Shown here: one piece after another, positions 52,451 through 64,000 of the stretch
Numbering within the stretch: position 1 is the first letter of the stretch
How the letters are laid out: each line of letters begins with the position of its first letter
Source: Rhina ancylostomus
Lineage: Eukaryota
Reading direction: 5' to 3'
NCBI GenBank assembly: GCA_030265395.1
Contig: JARFYF010000119.1
Coordinates: 44,519,152-44,583,151, forward strand
DNA length: 64,000 nt
The notes under the pieces: generated by a model
What the model saw: only the letters and a program-made list of their open reading frames with translations
The model's database searches: none
Told to the model about the DNA's origin: nothing
Position numbers and translations under genes: made by a program

Positions 52451-55400
52451 AAAAATGAGCTATGGATTTTGACTATAAAGCAGAATATTCTAATCAGTGG
52501 TGTAGCCTGTGATGCTGTTAGTATGCAAAGCACTTCTTTTATGTAAGGCAGAGTGCAGGGTACAATAACATTTTAACTCTTTCTTACCTTGAAAAATTAA
52601 TAAGGTATGTTGCTATTTTCAGTCAAAAAGCAATTGTTTTAATTTGAACACTGGTCTTGAAAAAGGTTCATTTCTTTCAAGTTTGCAATGTGGCTTTAAA
52701 CCATTAAAACTATGCGCAGAGTTGTAAATCAGCAAGATCAGTAGTGAGTGATTTTCCTGCTTAAAGAGAAAGTCATCCAGAGGCTATTACATTCAATTTG
52801 TATCCAGAAGAACCAATTTTATTCAAACTGCCTCACAAAGCCGTGTCAGAGAACACTATAACCCCATTCACACAAGAATTCTTAATTTGATCTTGTTCTT
52901 AGCAGAACTGTGTAAACAAGGCCAAGTACTAACATTTAATCTGAATACAAAATAGAAACTCAAGTCACACTTGGAATCACAATCACTTTAACTCAAGAAC
53001 ATGGAAGCTGAAGTATGCATGGGTTAGCAATTGATAATCCAGTATGCTGAATGTGATTGCTAATTGTATGTGATAATAATAGACCAAAAATAACATGCGC
53101 ATTAAAGCTGTCAATGAGGACCACTGCCAGATTGACTTCAGATGTAATTTATAAGCAAAAGATATTCAAGAGGAAAATCTAAGTGTGAACACATATTCTA
53201 AGACTGACTTTAGTGGTATTTGACTGGAAGTATGAATGCAATGTGCTTGGGCTTATGTTGATATGACATGTAAAGAGAGCTAGATTAAGCTCCCTTAAGG
53301 TACTTATGCTTAATTTTGAATATCTGGCATTGTTAACATACTTACCTATGTACAAACAAGGTGGAAGGTTTACTTTTAACTGAACAGTTGGATGTAAAAT
53401 GTTCTCCACATGCCAAATGAAGTAGTTCAGAAGGTAATTCGATGATAATTGGTAAAATATGAGCTTGAAAATGTTAAATATTGTGAGAGCCAAACATATT
53501 GCTGTAGCAACCAAATTAAATGGGTGAACTCTGTAAGCAAGTTTTCTTTGTATAGATTTTCATGATGTTATTATTTGGACTGACATTATGTAATCACCTT
53601 GGACTTACTGTTAAGAGATATGATTCCCTCAAGATGTAGAGTTACAGCATTATGTTCTGACAGTGAACTCCAACGAATAATACCACATGTCAACATTTTA
53701 TTTCACTAAACTGTGTACAGTCGTCAATTTATCTATGCTTAACTATAAAACTTCATTAGAATTTGTACAATAATTTATCATAGTTTTTTTTCGTACAATA
53801 ATAGATGGCTGACATGGAGCACATCAATCTAAAACAGTGCTAATTGTGTTATGATCCAGAGCCCAGAAAGTAATCATTCAAGGAAAGTGGATCTGTCATA
53901 ACTGAGGATTGTTTCTATTTTGTAAGGACAAGATCGTCATTTTAGTGGATTCAGAATCTGATCCAGTTTTGAGTAAATTTGGATTTGTTCTTTGAACATC
54001 ATTCGATCAAATGTCAGTACAACTGGAAATACACTGGGGATGGATTAGGAGCCTCTTTGTGTTATAGAACTGTTATTAGAAGAACCTTAATGTTGGTGGG
54101 ATTAAGAGAATGGTTCTGCTATGTTCTGGAGTATCTAATGCCATGGAACACATCTGATATGGATTCAGCTTTTCCAATATCCGTTCCTAGCTGTGGACTT
54201 TCCTCAAGCAAGATGGAAGATTGGTTTTGGTGCAAGCCAGTGTATAGGAAACAACATTGCTTGTCTGTGGAGGCAATGTTTATTGTTGCTACTTAAACTG
54301 CAACGACTGCCAAACGGACCATGGTAGAAACACCACCTTATCTGTTTGGATTCAGCAGACTACCTTTTACATTACAGCACTGGAATCCAATTCAGTCCCA
54401 TTAGAGATTATATTAAATGGCACAACTCAATTTAAGACATACCCATGAAGAGTATTATGCAAATAAGAGCAAATGGCACTCATTTGCAGAATTCATTTAT
54501 TAAGAATCAATGTTTATTGTTCATTCTCTGCACTAGCTTTCAACAGTAGTTCAACATCACTGCATCATTCAGATTTGGATATGGAGGATGATTGTAAATT
54601 TTACTCTTGTTATGTGATCTTTAAAACTGTTCTAAGTATTGTCAGGTGTCTAATGATAATATCTTTCAGTGCAGCTAACCTCATGATAAGCATTTGCTGG
54701 CACTGTATTTTTTTGTTGAAGCATCACATACTGCTACACAACATAAAATTACATCACATGCATACAATAGTTACCAGCAGAAAGAAACATGGGAGCAAAG
54801 ACTGAAATATGAAAGGTAATAATTAAGGAGATGTCCTCAAAATGAAAAAAAATCAAGATTGTGCAAACGATGAAGGAAAATCTATTTGAGCAGGGCTTTG
54901 CTTCTGCATCATTGATAGTATGAATAATTTTTATAGATGTTGTTACAATATTGTGTTATTTACCATCCAAACTCCACAGAAAACCTGTCTGCTGTTTGCT
55001 ACATTAGTATGGTAGTGCACTGAAAACAGCAGCTACATCATTAGAACTATAAAGCTGCATGCCCATGTTCCATTTTATGTGTTGCAGCTTCCAAAATATA
55101 GCAACAGTTGTTCAGATAGTCACAAATCTGTAAAACGAAGTAAGTGCAAAAATAAACTACAGGATGATACCACTCAATCTTATAGGTTGCGGTTGTTAGC
55201 TGATGTGAGCAGAGAACCTGCACCTTGGATCACCCTCATTCCCTGTGGAGTCAGAAATTATATAAACTAGAAATCTGATAAGATAATGTGAGCTAATTTG
55301 TGGAAAACACAGATATACTAGATTTTAGGAGCCTGTAAGTGAACTTAGTAACTCTGGGGTCAGACACACAGGTCTTTTCTAATGCTGCATATTCCAACAT

Positions 55401-56715
55401 AATTCAATTTTGAATTTCAAATAGTGAGACCAATATTAGTGCTGTTCAAACCCTTCGATTTCTTCTTATTTTTTTGTCAGTGGCTATAATTGACAGGATC
55501 GCCACGTCTTGTTCATCCTTTGTTGCCATCTTCTTGATCAACTTCTTGAACTGTTGCAAATGCCTGTTGATGCTAGGCCACTTTACAAGGCCATTGAGCA
55601 TCATACATGTTAAGTCACATCTAAGCCAGACTCAATCACCATGATGGTTTCTTTCTTTGAATGTATTTGTGAGACTTTTATGACAATCCAACCACTGCAT
55701 GGTGAGTTCTAAAACAGCCATTTATTGCCAGCTTTTATATTTTAAAAGTCAAATAAAATGGTTTGATAGGGCAAGTGAGGGAAAATTATTTCTAATGGCA
55801 GACAGGTTACAACCAAATGATTTGTGACAAACTGACAAAACAAGCAGAGAGAAGAATTTTATTTATTCATTCACAAATGTGTACCACACTGTGGCCAGCA
55901 GTTATTGGCTATTCCTAATTATTTCAGTAGTGAGATGGCAGTTAAATGTTAACCACACTGATAGGTCTGGAGTTACATTTATGTCCAATTGAGGACTGAT
56001 GGCAAGCTTACTTCTCTAAAGGGCAGTGAACCAGATGGCTTTTGGTTTATAACAATTTAATATTTTTATAGTTCTCATTAATGAAAGCAGCTTTTATTCC
56101 AGATTTATCCAATTGCTTAAAATTAAATTTCCCGGCTGCTGTGGTGACATTCGATACCCACGTCCATGGATCAATGGTTCAGGCCTCTGGGTATTAATCC
56201 TGTAATTTAACCAATATGCCATTGTACACGTATTTGAGAGAATTTTGTTTTTACACATTCTGCCTGAAAAGGTGGCAGAAACAGAATCAACAGTAGCTTC
56301 CAAATGGGAATGAAATATAAACTAGAAAGGAAAAATTGGAAAAGCCATGGAAATAGAGCAAGAAAGGACCACTGGAGATCTCCTTCAAAATGCTGGCATA
56401 AACATGATGGCCCCAACTGGGTCCTTCTAAACTATAAGCCCATGCTGGGCTTTGAATGTCTGTTGTTTGGACTATTAGTACAGTAACATATCCACAATGC
56501 CATTCTAACTATACGTTGGTTTTGATTACTTACTGTACAGTCAGGTAGGTTCCAAAAGCTAGCACGTGCTTACCAAATTTCAGATATCATGTAATTATTC
56601 AAGAGAATATTTATGCATGCTTGAACATGTTGTATCATCATGTTTTACTACTTTAACTGTGTAAATGTGTCATGTCAAATTTAAAGAGGTTTGTGATAAA
56701 TCATGTAGTTATCAA

Positions 56716-57090
56716 TGTATATCAGAAGACAGCCCGCCTGAGGACATACTGATTCTAGTGGAAAAGCCGTACACTCCCACCCAAATGGTTTCAAGCATAA
56801 ATCCCAAACCTGATTGGTATTCGTTCTTATCTGGCCTCATTGGCATAGCAGTGGTGAACGGCAACAGGTTCACAGTGGGTGGAATGCTCCATTTCTATCA
56901 AGACAGCCAGAAAAGCAACTGGCAGGAAGAAGACCAGCTGGACAGAGTACATCAAGTGAGCATATGGCATGATTAGAATGATGGCAATACTTGAGCATTC
57001 TGAAGTCTGAACCTTGCCATTGGAGCATAAACTGGGTGTATTGGGGGAGGATGCAGCGATATACAGCAATTGGAGAATTTTGGTGCATAA
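56716..57090 (+). mobile_element. Degenerate RTE-like LINE ORF C-terminus
   Basis: SEDSPPEDIL, GE.ATGS..VG..LHFYQD..KSN and EDAAIYSNWR.LV follow the order of the RTE M.D.RLPKDILYGEL.TG.R..GRP.LR..D..KR and E..A.DR..WR motifs. Confidence 0.45.
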
Positions 57091-59632
57091 GAATTAGACT
57101 TTATAAATGAGTTGAAATATGTATTATTATAATTTTACACACATTAAATACAATACTTTTCTCTTGTTTGTAAAGAATAAGTTGGATCATTTATGAATTT
57201 TCTATGGATCTCTATTGGCCATGCATTCATTCAAAATGTTCCTACACTAAAATACAATTTTGCATCCTATTAGTGACATCTTTCATTTAAGAGGAAGGTA
57301 CTCAGGCACTTAATCTATCCATCCAGATTTACAGTGTTTGTTTAATGTACACAGTAAAATAAAGAGAACATCTTACCTGACACATGTGTCCTCCCATTAG
57401 GATGCCTCTGCATATGTCTGTTTATATATGCACACATGTGTATATATAAACTGTATAAACACACAGAAGCAGACCAGATGTCTAGCTGTGATTTATTTTT
57501 CTTCCACGCGAAAACTGATTGGAAAATATGAAGTTACAAAATGCACTCAGTTATTTCATTAAATAATGTAATTCAGATTCTGATAGATCCAAAGAAACAC
57601 TATTATCAACAACTTCCTGTAGTTAATGTAATTTTTGTAAAAAAAATCATTGTCTAGGAAGCATCAAATTTACTTAACACAGTTTAATAAAATTGGTGTA
57701 ACCTAATACTGTTATATGTCGGTATACCAAGCATAATGTTGTGGAGTTAGCTTTTGTTAAATTAAGGGATCTAGAAGTCAGTCACAGTGTAACATTCTTT
57801 ATATGATTGTGTCTGAGGCATAATATGACAGGAAAAATATAATGTTTCGTGAATGACAGTTTCTAGATTTGTGTTGCCTGAGGTGGTTCAGCTGAACAAT
57901 AAACTATAATTTGATTGATGGGAAATTGAAGTGGTTCATCTAACATGGCAGTCCGTCTTACCCCAGGCTTTACTACTGCACGTATGATAATGTATCACAG
58001 TTTTAGGAGTAATGTCATTTGTATTGTGTGATATGATTTTCTGCATAAAACGAAGATTTGATTGCACTGTAATGATCTAAATCAGCTATGGATTAGCAAG
58101 AGAATACATATTATTGGGGAGGTGAGAGCAAAGCTGGATTTGTTCCAATTGTGTAGGCAATTACATATGAGACCACAAGAGCATTAATACTGCATTGGTG
58201 CTAATATTCATACAGGAAAAGCAACCTCTCTACTGGCTGAGGAGTTGTAACTTATAGTCATAAGGACATCATCAAATGGCAGCTAAAGAAGAACCAATCA
58301 GGTATAATAGTAATAGTCACCTGACTGCAGTAGTTTCTAGTTTCTGGTTTCTGTCAAGTTAATCTTGCATGAAAAATATTGTGTGTCGTCATGCTACATA
58401 ATGACTGTTCTTGAGACAAGAACATACATTTAGGCTCCCAAAACAGTCATGTATTCAATTTAAGAGAAAAAATATGCTTATTTTTAAGACTGGATATGAT
58501 TAGAAAATACTGGAAGAAGAAATAACAAGCGCAGTCTGTTAATTGCTTCTCTGTTAATATTATGCTGCATATCAAAATGCAGCCAAAATCACTAAACAAA
58601 CACGTTTTAATCCATTTCACATTTAAACTCCATGCTATAATGTGATCGTGGCTTGAATCTTGGGGCAAAATATTTAGCAACGTCCAAATTAATGAACTGT
58701 CAACCATAATTTTTGGAAGTATTTTCCACTGTAGCTGTTATTTGACTCCATTAAATTTATCATTTTCATCACAGGAATGGCAGTGTTCTGTTTCTTTAAC
58801 AGAGCTATCTATTCCCAGCTCTACAAAGCAAAATACAGGCATTCCTGTATCTATTAACTCCATTGTATCTTTGGCCAGCTTAGTAGTTTGGTGATGAACA
58901 GGTCTAAATACATTCTGTAACTACAGAGTACTTAAAGAAGAGAACTAAATTATATTTTCTTCAGTTTTAATGATTATCTTTTTAAATCCAGATTGCATTG
59001 CGTATGATGTATACTCTATTTAAAAACAATTTCTTTCAAAATTTCTGAACTCCCACTTTCAGCTTTGAAACTGAAATGTCATTGTTAACATAGATGCAGT
59101 TTCAATCAATTTGCTGCCATTATCCCATTTCATCCAGCATTTTTGTGATGAGTGGAGTGTAATAGTATGCATATTAACTTATTTTTAACCTCCTTCCACA
59201 CTTTCCCACATTTTCTCTTACCTCACGTGAATATTATCCTGGGACTGATCCAGCACAATTCACTCAGCAAATGGTGTCAATATTGTTCCTTAGGTGACTT
59301 ACCAGAAGGTATGTTCTTGAGGGACACTTCCTCCGAACGGCTTTTCACTCTTCCTACAGGCGGTGACATATTTCAAACTGAAGATCACCCAATTTGAGAA
59401 GCCAAGTGCACACAGCAATGTAGCTGAGGTTTTAAGAATAATTTTCCAGCTCAAAGACCATTGGATCTCTTGGGTCACTTCAAAATACACTAACTTCATA
59501 TTGGAACTTTTATTTATCAGTATACTTTCTTGTCTTAGATCTTCGTCAAAACAATGATTCACTCTTGCAGTCACAACTATATTCCACAATTAAATGTGTT
59601 ACAAGCTATAAAAATATTCTGTGCTCTGACAT

Positions 59633-60083
59633 TTAATGGGAAGTAATTTCTGTCAAATTGTCTTATAATCCTAATGTTATAAGGGGAGCTATCTGCCCGA
59701 TCACTGGTGTTACTTGGTTGCTTCTTATTACTGTATTTTATGCTTTAGATTTGCTGGTTATAAGCAGTCTGGGAGCCGACATTTTGTGTAGAACTCCCCC
59801 TGATGTGACATAATAAAGCTTTGCTCCAGTGGCAGTCTTTCTGGGGACTGCAGCTCATGGTCCACTGTTCCCATTCACAATATCACAGAAACAAAACCTT
59901 GCAAATTCACCTCTAGGGCAGTTCTAACAAAATGTCTGCTCCCAAGCCTCTTATAACCAGAAAGTCCAAAGCATAAAACATCGTACAAATGGTAACTGAG
60001 AAACATCAGTACATTTATAGATATGTTCCTTCATAATATTTAAGGATTATGACACATTTTAATAGAATATATTTCTCCTTTAA
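59633..60083. mobile_element. Foldback MITE with ~175-bp imperfect inverted arms and TTAA ends (Kolobok/T2-like)
   Basis: The left arm ttttatgctttagatttgctggttataagcagtctgggagccgacattttgtgtagaact matches the reverse complement of the right arm, ttttatgctttggactttctggttataagaggcttgggagcagacattttgttagaact. Homology extends to TTAA at 59633-59636 and 60080-60083. The right end reads TTAA-AGGAG on the minus strand. Confidence 0.8.
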
Positions 60084-62939
60084 GGATCTTCCATTTATTT
60101 ATTATCCCAGTGCACTTACATATAGTAACTCATGGCACCATGCAAAGAAAATACCCAAAGTACAAATGTGTTTGATTTGTTAAGTTGTAATAAATATATT
60201 TTCTCATACCATTCCCCTTTGTATAGCATCTGGATTGCAATTGATACCACACATGTAGATAACAATGGCGGTTTATCATGACATTAGACATTATCCCTTG
60301 AAATAAACAGTGCAAGGTCAACAAGTAAGCTTCTAAAAGGCCAGGTAAAGGTTTCCTTTACAGTCTTAACCACTTACAGTTGACTTGTCACAATTGTCAT
60401 GATTTTAAAGGTTTACAATGTATTGAATCGGGAGAACAGAAAGGTTGATTAATTATGCATTATGCATGCTATGCTTTGTTGCTGTATCATGATATTTCTA
60501 ATTGTTAACAGATTGAATCAACGACAATTATAATTGTTAGACATATGCTGAGTGGATCTTCCCTTAAAGTTGACTGCATAATTATTTTAGATTAATAACA
60601 TGTTATCTTCTTAAAGTAATATTTTTCAGAAATCAGTCTGTCTCAGATCATTGAACTTTGGCAGAAAATTTCTGAAATTATTCTTAAGATTTCAGAATAA
60701 ATCAATTGCACAGTCACACAAAATACTGCAACAGATGTAGAGCAGTTGTACAGAAACACTTCAAATGGCATCTCTGTCATTGTCATCCGCAGATTCGGAA
60801 AAATTCATTTCTGGTCGCTTTGCTTCAGAATGATCAAATCGTTGCAGTCATGCTGAAAATGGCTCTCATTAAATTTGAAATGATGTGATAATATTTGGAC
60901 AAATTAATTTTTTGTTCATTTTAGAACACTTAGTCCAAATTAATTTTGACTCTTGTGTTTGTTGACATTGCTTCCAATGTGATGACTGTGACATTCATTT
61001 CCCCAACACATGGATTAATCCTTTTTTTTTAATTACTTCACCTAGGCAGGTGTTTCCTGTCTAAATCTGACATGAAATTAAACACAGCTCCAGATGTTCT
61101 GTCTATAGAGGAGCCAGTGAAATTTATTGGAACATTTAATCACAGGTCAACAAATCAGAATAACCGAAATACATTGTGCACAAGGCAGACGTGTAACAAA
61201 TCTGCTTCAGTACAAAGGAATCAGAAACCTGAAGGTAGTTTCATCTGCCTACTGATCGGATCACTTACCAACCACTGCAATTTCTTGCCTGTGTTGCTGA
61301 GCATTTAGAAAATCCCTGATGTAGCCTATCTTTTGGTTCCTGAATTGGCCCCAGCAACATTCTGGACTTATGTGAATAGTGCAGTTGAGCTCCATGGCAT
61401 TCACTTATTAAACTCAAGTAGTAGTTTGCATACTATGTAACGGAAGTAACCAAACAGATGTATCGACTCTTGGATGAAGAATGATTTGTTTTACTTGCCT
61501 GCACAGTGAATGGAGTTTTGTGGCTTTATAGAATGATTTTTCAAATAAATATTTTATAAAGCTGTTGATTAAATATTCTGACTCCTTGACAGTAAATACA
61601 ATGTAAGTCACATCTGTTTAAACAAACGTTTTCCTAAATTATTCATTTTTCAAATCAGCTTTACTAGATGCTATATCGTTGAAAGTCAATCAAGTATTTG
61701 TTTTAGGGTTGCTGCATCATATACTTAAAACAAGTGTTAAGATGAGTATCACCATAATACAATTCAGCACAAAACAGGCACCTTCAAAGTCATTTAGAGT
61801 GCACAGTACATGGTATATGTGTGAAAAATGGTATGAATTATGGAAATAGATGCATATTGATATCATTTGCTGCTTTATCTTGTTAGGCAAGTTAAATACA
61901 TGCATATCTATGCATAGATGTGGGTTTCTTATTGAGTTATGTATTTATGATGTTTGTATGCATGAGTATGTGCATCCATACATGCATAAAAACATACTTT
62001 AATTATGTTATTGTGGTAGCCTGGACATCATTGTGATATGTGAGTAATATCGTTTTTATTTATTATCATAAGCAAAGTTAACAGGGATTAACCAAGATCA
62101 AATGGAAATTTCTAAGTAATAATCAAGTAGCCATTCTCTTTAAAATTAAAATAAAAATCACGGTTTTCCCAAAACATTTTTGACTACAGCAGCTTACTTT
62201 GACACCCTGGACAGTATGTTCAGAACTCATTTGTTTGAGTGCTTTTAATCTGAGGACACTGAAAAGTTACNNNNNNNNNNNNNNNNNNNNNNNNNNNNNN
62301 NNNNNNNNNNNNNNNNNNNNNNNNNNNNNNNNNNNNNNNNNNNNNNNNNNNNNNNNNNNNNNNNNNNNNNNNNNNNNNNNNNNNNNNNNNNNNNNNNNNN
62401 NNNNNNNNNNNNNNNNNNNNNNNNNNNNNNNNNNNNNNNNNNTGCCGCAGACAAATGAGTGTGACCTTTAACAATAAAATAGGCACCTACTGAGAGAGAT
62501 GAAACAGCAGCTGAAATTAAGAACACCACATAGGCATTTCAAACACTCAGGAAAAGTTAGATTTTGAACTATAACTTAATTATAGGAGTAAATGTGGATA
62601 GATATTGCCAATAATAAAATATACATGGTCATGGACATTGATTAACAGCTAAGAATAAAACTTAATTCATCCAGGAATAAATCTGCAATTTATTAATTAT
62701 GAATGATATTGATAGAAAATATAACAAAAAGATTAAGTTATTTCAGTCAAAGGCTCATCCGCTTCATTCCACCGCTAGAATTATAAATCTCCAATTCATT
62801 TATGAATATTCTAGAAGGCCAATGAGAAAGATAAGAATGCATGTAACCTTTGATTTGCCCTAATAGCTACTTCAAAAGATTTCCAGAAAGTGCATCTGTC
62901 TGAGCAGTCATTGGATGTGGGACTGTCATCAATATTTTG

Positions 62940-63500
62940 CAATGTTTCAAAGCACAGCCTGAGCTTTCGAAGAGCAGCAAGTGCAAAAGACTGCACGGCA
63001 CAGTTTGTGGTTTCGAAAGTCTCTTGTAACCAATCCACCAAGTGATCAACAGAGAGAAAAAATTTACAGAGCACCAAAAATCAATTGTGCCAAGTACTTT
63101 TCAGGTAATATAATACTCTTCATCTGATATTAAAGAAATTACCATGAAATATTGTCAGGCTGTTGACACAACATTGTGAATATTTAGTTGTCATTTTTTG
63201 TTGGTACTTCATCATTGAAAGGTTACCATTCATTAAATAATTAAAATAATCAAAATTCCAAACTTTTGCATGTTGTCAAATTTATTAGATGATACTATAA
63301 TGTAGCAGTGTTGATTTCAATCATTTAATTTTGTTCCCAACTTTTTCATCAATGCTGAAGTTTCAATGCGGTGTCAAAATTATCCCTATCCTTTTCTGCA
63401 TGCTGAAATGTCTGTTCAAAGCTCTCAATATTGTGACGATTAAGTTGAAAACATTGTCTCGAAGCTATCAGATTCTTTCTTCTGCAGGATTTTATCTCTA
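62940..63500 (-). mobile_element. Possible P-element-superfamily transposase fossil
   Basis: Frameshifted minus strand reads RKNLIASRQCFQL...KDRDNFDTALKL..DEKV, then FFSL.(R)SLGG...TNCAVQSF..AALRKL, resembling the D(R/K)xN and E.FFS..R..GG..N.T..F..A.RKL motifs. Confidence 0.35.
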
Positions 63501-64000
63501 GGACAGTGCAGTTACAACTGTGCCAGTTGAATGTACAGGAAAACCCAAGCTACAGAATATTTCTGTACAATGTTGTATTAGAAGACTGTTTCAAGGATAT
63601 TGATCCCTTTGACCGGATTTGCTTTGCTTATTGCAATTCAGTTATCTTTTTCATAACATTACTTAGAGAATTAAGTAATTGATTTGAATTGAAATTAAAT
63701 TCTGAAATTAATCCTACTGTTTTCACAATTCCCCAATAACTTGAAAAGTTCCAAATTTTTGATATTTGATGATGATATTGCTATAACACCAAAATTTTTA
63801 AAGCTATGGGGCCAGAAACCTAAATTGGACCTACCTACATATTTAATGCAGCACAAAACCTTATGTTCATCCGATTTTTCTTAAAGGCATTTGAAGTTGT
63901 AGCAGGCACAAGGAGCTGAAGCATCTCCAGAGCATAATTATTATACAGTATCCCTTTTGGCATTTTAAATCAGGAATGAGGGAAGCCCTGATTAACAGTT

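Larger units (their letters stand above)
13209..62442. other. Assembly gaps (N runs): 13209-13287, 14824-14827, 17573-17672, 21141-21240, 24530-24629, 25347-25547, 26905-27060, 28342-28351, 35977-35987, 37077-37176, 62271-62442
   Basis: Directly visible. Four are exactly 100 N, suggesting unknown-size placeholders. Confidence 0.98.

Noticed and set aside
56665-56976. 103-aa ORF as a gene
   Set aside because: It overlaps RTE-like motifs spread over several frames.
61906-61919. 14-bp palindrome atctatgcatagat (similar one at 57420-57451)
   Set aside because: Both lie in low-complexity alternating purine-pyrimidine tracts where palindromes are expected.
13205-62529. ORFs containing X runs or LSLSLS/HTHT tracts
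   Set aside because: Artefacts of N gaps and microsatellites.
62760-62775. 13-nt match to miR-205 (similar partial match to miR-218 near 22447)
   Set aside because: The matches are incomplete, the seed or 3' end differs, and there is no hairpin.
62811-63077. ORF resembling a helical cytokine exon (VDHLVDWLQETF...)
   Set aside because: No matching splice structure or signal-peptide exon, and neighbouring frames fit a frameshifted transposase fossil better.

Overview
This is eukaryotic, AT-rich, repeat-dense non-coding DNA with 11 N-gaps. The repeat set (Penelope-like elements with GIY-YIG endonuclease, several CR1/L2 LINE families, V-domain and Deu-domain SINEs, Harbinger remnants) points to a cartilaginous fish, possibly a ray; this is inference from repeat recognition. 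I found no intact, identifiable host protein-coding gene, tRNA, rRNA or CRISPR array, and most track ORFs are noise or decayed transposon frames. Best-supported structures: (1) a Penelope-like 3' end at ~6.1-7.0 kb plus about nine short Penelope tails with decayed minimal hammerhead-ribozyme cores, some as inverted pairs; (2) a ~450-bp foldback element with TTAA ends (Kolobok/T2-type MITE) at 59.63-60.08 kb; (3) a nested Harbinger/LINE/SINE cluster at ~4.8-10 kb; (4) a candidate solo LTR at 27.4-27.9 kb; (5) old fossils resembling L1, RTE, R4/Dong, hAT and P-element transposases. A repeat-poor zone at ~49-52.5 kb has promoter-like features and candidate minus-strand first exons, which remain speculative. 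Repeat boundaries are approximate and family calls come from recalled motifs, not database searches.
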